Below, piece by piece: positions 32,395-36,399 of a stretch of 36,399 bases of DNA (the stretch's first letter is position 1; every line of letters begins with the position of its first letter). The stretch comes from Octopus bimaculoides (lineage: Eukaryota). Position numbers and translations under genes: made by a program. The stretch is taken from contig NC_068987.1 of NCBI RefSeq assembly GCF_001194135.2, positions 86,536,380 to 86,572,778 on the forward strand, given 5' to 3'. The notes below the pieces were generated by a model. That model saw only the letters and a list, made by a program, of their open reading frames with translations. It made no database searches and was not told the origin of the DNA.

Positions 32395-34065
32395 TACCTC
32401 AAAGCCTGGGCGAGCTCTTGAGTTGTTATAGGGGTCCAGATGTATTCAGGTGCTGAGTTCATTGTTTTGATAGACCTTTTCTGAGTTTGTCTTTTCGTCG
32501 ACCATATTTATTTCCAAAATTCTTCCACTTCTTCTGCTATTGGTGCTACACTGATGTCTATTTTATTTTTGCCAAGTTCTTGGTAGAATCTTTTTGGGGT
32601 TGGAGTTGAATTTTTTGCTTTGTCCAAAGAAACGTTGGCCTTTCTCATACCGACGGATTCTTTGTGCTTTGGCGAGGATATCTTGCTTTAGCCGTTCTTT
32701 TAGCTCAGGTATACCTTGTTCTGTAAGTTTGTAGTTACACAGTATTTTCGTTGTCTTCTTGTTCCTTAGTAGTGCTGATTGTCTACTAATTTCGTTAAGG
32801 ACTGACAAATCTTTTCTCTTGATTTCTATTTATTTCTTGATATTATTTATCCACAGGTTTTGTTTGGGTGGTGATACTCCTGTGTAGATTGGTTTGAAGG
32901 AGTATCAAGCTTCTTTTGTGACCACAGCGGCTGCTGCATATATAATATCATTTAGCCTGGTCATATTGACATTTGCTTCTGTAGGCATTAGTTCTGTGAC
33001 GGCCAGGTCCATGCTATTTATTATTTATATGTTTTAGTATAAATTTCAATTTTCGGGAGGTACAATTGGTGGTCCATCTGTGGCCTTCAGTTCTTTGATT
33101 ATGCTCATTTTTTGACTGTCATAATCATTAGGTTCACCTTCACTGTTTCCAGGTTTTACTTGTTTCGTATTCCCTCCCGTTCAGATTTTTGGCTGTAGTG
33201 TTCTGGTTTGGTGTATTGTGCACATTATTATACATTCCTACGGCCTGGGTTTGCTGTCTTCCGTTGTTTACTTCACTTTTGTTGTATATGTTACGTCTGT
33301 CTTCGTGTTTTACAGTCCCAATGCTTTTGATATTATTTGACATTGTTATGTGGCTACTAACTACATTTTCCTGATGTATTTTGTCCTTTTATGAGTTCTA
33401 TTTCTGATATTTTTTGTTTCGAGAATATATCTTCGTATGTTAACTAGTTTATTAGGATTCATTGCTGTATCCAAGTCTTTATTTAGGTTATGTTCCTTCC
33501 AGATTTTATATGTATATGTTGCTGTGTTTTCGTTCATTGGGTAGCGCACTGCTATAAAATAAGCTTGTGGGAGTGAAATATATTCCTCACATGTCCATCT
33601 GTGCTTTCTTGATTTTATTTGCGGGACATGAGGAATAATGTCTGGCCCTTTATGTTGACGGTCATCATTTTCGTATGGTACCGGTCCGTTTATTTCTGGT
33701 GTTAAATGGTTTTGTACGTGTAGTTTTTCGTACTTTTTGTGTGACAAGTTTAAAGTACGTACTTCTGCTTGTTTATCCTGAGTTGAATAACACATGTATT
33801 ATTTAATTTATATTTAATTTTTTACGCATGGTATTTGACACGGAGCTGATCTGGTGTTGGTTGGATCGTAATGTGGCGAGCGTGTTTATACGTGCTGTGC
33901 GAGCAATAGAGGTGATATACAGTTAAAATATATCATTTCATTTGGAAAGTAGAAATAAATTTCAATGAGTATTACTTACTGGGATATAGTCCAACAATTT
34001 GTCAGTTAGTTTTGGCTCCATGCGATGTCTTTCTTCCCGATTTTTTTGGATAGATTTCGGAGCTG

Positions 34066-34067
<2 letters not shown>
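32395..34067 (-). mobile_element. R4/Dong-type (RLE) LINE, 5' portion, truncated just before the RT domain
   Basis: KHRWTCEEY...IWKEHN..NKLVNIRRYI, IIYAAAAVVT, KDLSVLNEI, ELKERLKQDILAKAQRIRRYEKGQRFF..KKFNSNPKK, ITTQELAQAL. Multiple frameshifts. Whether 33800-34067 is 5' UTR is inferred. Confidence 0.75.
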
Positions 34068-34143
<76 letters not shown>

Positions 34144-34224
34144 CATTATCATAATGATAATTATTATCATTATCATTATTATTATTATTATCATTATTAT
34201 TATTATTAATATTATTATTGTTAT
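34068..34224. repeat. (TTA)n/(TAA)n microsatellite
   Basis: Direct reading. Confidence 0.97.
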
Positions 34225-35046
34225 TTTCATTTACTTTTAATCTGCACGCCTGTTTCAATTACTAGCCGTGATACACCCAGCGTCTTGAGGCGAGTGAAGG
34301 ATAAGAGATGTTACAGTATGTTTGAAAGGTTGGGGGTGGGTGAGGAGACGTGTGAATGGGGCAGTAGCGAAATATTCTCATGCAATACAACATAGATATT
34401 TAAATTAACATGGTGTTTCTGAAGATGTGTGGAGTATTTCCCAGCACAATTCTCTGGATTCTTTGAGACATGGTTCTCATGAGATGTTTTCCATATGTGT
34501 CTGCCATCCCTTTTCTATCATACCTGAGGTACCTACAATAACAGGAACAGTTCTTGCTTTAAGAATTTTTCTATATCTTTAGATATAATTTTGTAAAACT
34601 TTTGTATATCTTTTATATTTCGATTTCCAGGTCCTTATATTTACTCAATTTGTCAAATTCCTTTACAAATATATTCTTATCAGTGGGAACACTTACATCA
34701 ACTAGTCTACAAGCATTTTCTTCCCTGTCTTTAATAATTAAGTCTGGTTGATTATCCGAGATCGTTCTGTCAGTATTGACTTGAAAAATCTCAGAGGTTA
34801 GTGACATTTTTACCTTCAACATCTGGCTCAAGAGGATGGGCATAACAGACAGCAGGAGCACCGATTTTGTAGTGTTTACATATTTCTGAATGTAAATATC
34901 GTCCTACCCTATCGTGGCGACTTTTATATTCGTTTGCATAAGATATCCAGAAACGAGATGGTCTATTCTTTCGTCAAATTTATCGCAGAATCTCCATTTA
35001 GGATCCAAACAGATTTGAAGAACGTTAGCCTGATAGGTTCTGGTAA
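34225..35046 (-). mobile_element. R4/Dong-type LINE 3' end: zinc knuckle, restriction-like endonuclease and 3' UTR
   Basis: TYQANVLQ..DPKWRFCDKFDERIDHLVSG (decayed CCHC), FQVNTDRTISDNQPDLIIKD...LVDVSVPTDKNIFVKEFDKLSKYKDLEIEI (PD-(D/E)xK RLE); ends in (AAT)n. Confidence 0.88.
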
Positions 35047-35048
35047 TT

Positions 35049-35116
<68 letters not shown>

Positions 35117-35165
35117 CATTATTATTATTAATAATAATAATAATAATAATAGTAATATTATTGTT
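35047..35165. repeat. (TCT)n(TAT)n(AAT)n compound microsatellite
   Basis: Direct reading. Confidence 0.95.
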
Positions 35166-35189
35166 ATTTTTACTCTCCTTTCTATTACA

Positions 35190-35353
35190 GGCACAAGGCC
35201 TGAAATTTGGTGGAGAGGAGGATAGTCAATTACAACGAACCTAGTACCTGACCCCAAAATTTGAAAGCAAAGTCGACTTCAGCGAAGTTGAACTCAGAGC
35301 ATCGAGATGGACGAAATACCGCAGTCCTAACGATTCTTCCAAATCGCTGCCTT
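35190..35353 (-). mobile_element. SINE family A, internally deleted
   Basis: ggcacaaggcctgaaattt...gcaaagtcgacttcagcgaagttgaactcagagc...gacgaaataccgc...ctaacgattcttccaaatcgctgcc. Confidence 0.8.
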
Positions 35354-36399
35354 GTTGCTACACATGATATTACAAGTATTTTGACCTAAGCATTTAGTCT
35401 CTGGGCTTGCCTATTTCACCGAATGCAGTAGAACATGGGTTCTAACATTGTACAGTCATTAGATGCGTCAGTGTATGTGGGGGAATGTTTTCTGATTCTG
35501 GCCCTCTTATCATGTATTGGAGATGTCATTTTGTCATAACATTTATGTAGAGAAATCTAAAATGTGAAGAATGATAACGATGCAGACGATTGCAAGGTAA
35601 AAAAAAAAAAAATGCGCATTTGGGGAAACAAGAACTTTTTAAGAGGGAAGTGATTGCATGAGATAAATTGAATGGCAGAACCTCTATGAGAAAGAAAGAA
35701 ATCTGGAGAGGCACTACTGAAAATCAGAACTTGCAATGGACAAATAATGAGTTAGAAGGAGGAGAAAAAGAGAAGAGAGCCTAATGATATAACCAGAATG
35801 TTAAGAATGAGAGATAACAAAAAACAAATTCAGCAATTCAAACCAAAAACGATATAGATGTCGAAAGCGGTTGGTAAAGAAGCTTTATGAATGAAAAAGA
35901 CATCTATTTTATTTTTCAGGCTCGCGCAATAAAGAGTGGATTCTGCGCATGACTTCAAGTAGTCTTTAAAATTATGGAACAAATCTTGTGAAACTTCAAT
36001 CTCTATTTTTAATGTGATTCTTTTTACGTTTATTTTATATATTGAGCGGGTGATGTATGTTTGAATTACATTCTACATCATTCCACTAAATAAATTTATA
36101 CTAGCTTCTTCATTTTTGTCGATAAATTATTCGATAGTGTTCACAGGTCCAAGTCAAACTAATGTAGATTTATCAATTGGAATAGCAATCCATGAGTTTG
36201 GCTGGTACTAAAGTTCAGTAATTTCAATATCTGATTTCATAACTACTTGATGCACTTGAAGAACTCAAGTGCTCAATCGATAAATTATTAGATTTACTCA
36301 ACGAAACGGTTTCTAAGTTCACTACGTTATTATTTGCTTTTATAAGCATACTAAGGATCGAGGTAATCTAACGGCAATGTGTCTATATATATATATATA

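Noticed and set aside
33980-34062. Possible 83-nt minus-strand exon (CAG acceptor, GTAAGT donor)
   Set aside because: No polypyrimidine tract (upstream is (AAT)n), no recognisable peptide and no partner exons; more likely LINE 5' UTR.
1132-34258. Long ORFs in the track rich in X, poly-I/L/H/M/N, or alternating YI/HT/VC
   Set aside because: They run through N-gaps or microsatellites; there is no evidence of coding function.
36252-36272. 8-bp perfect hairpin GCACTTGA-agaac-TCAAGTGC, considered as a Helitron 3' hairpin
   Set aside because: No CTRR terminus downstream; a hairpin of this size is expected by chance in 36 kb.

Overview
AT-rich, microsatellite-dense eukaryotic DNA with many assembly gaps. 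The SINE families and repeat landscape suggest an octopus or other coleoid cephalopod (inference). I find no host protein-coding gene, rRNA, true tRNA or CRISPR array, and most long ORFs in the track are artefacts of N-runs or simple repeats. The window is a transposon graveyard: a decayed Tc1, three mariner remnants and two TA-flanked MITEs, a decayed hAT, a collapsed Gypsy pol plus LTR, two L1/Tx1-type LINE pieces, two R4/Dong-type RLE LINE pieces in (TAA)n, and at least four tRNA-headed SINE families. The most notable signal is five minimal type I hammerhead ribozyme (HHR) motifs from three sequence families. One family (H1) sits inside a tRNA-headed SINE-like element and occurs twice as head-to-head fold-backs, one flanked by a 14-bp target-site duplication. 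A second notable signal is an apparently ORF1-only Tx1 element that shares its 3' terminal motif with an ORF2-bearing Tx1 copy.
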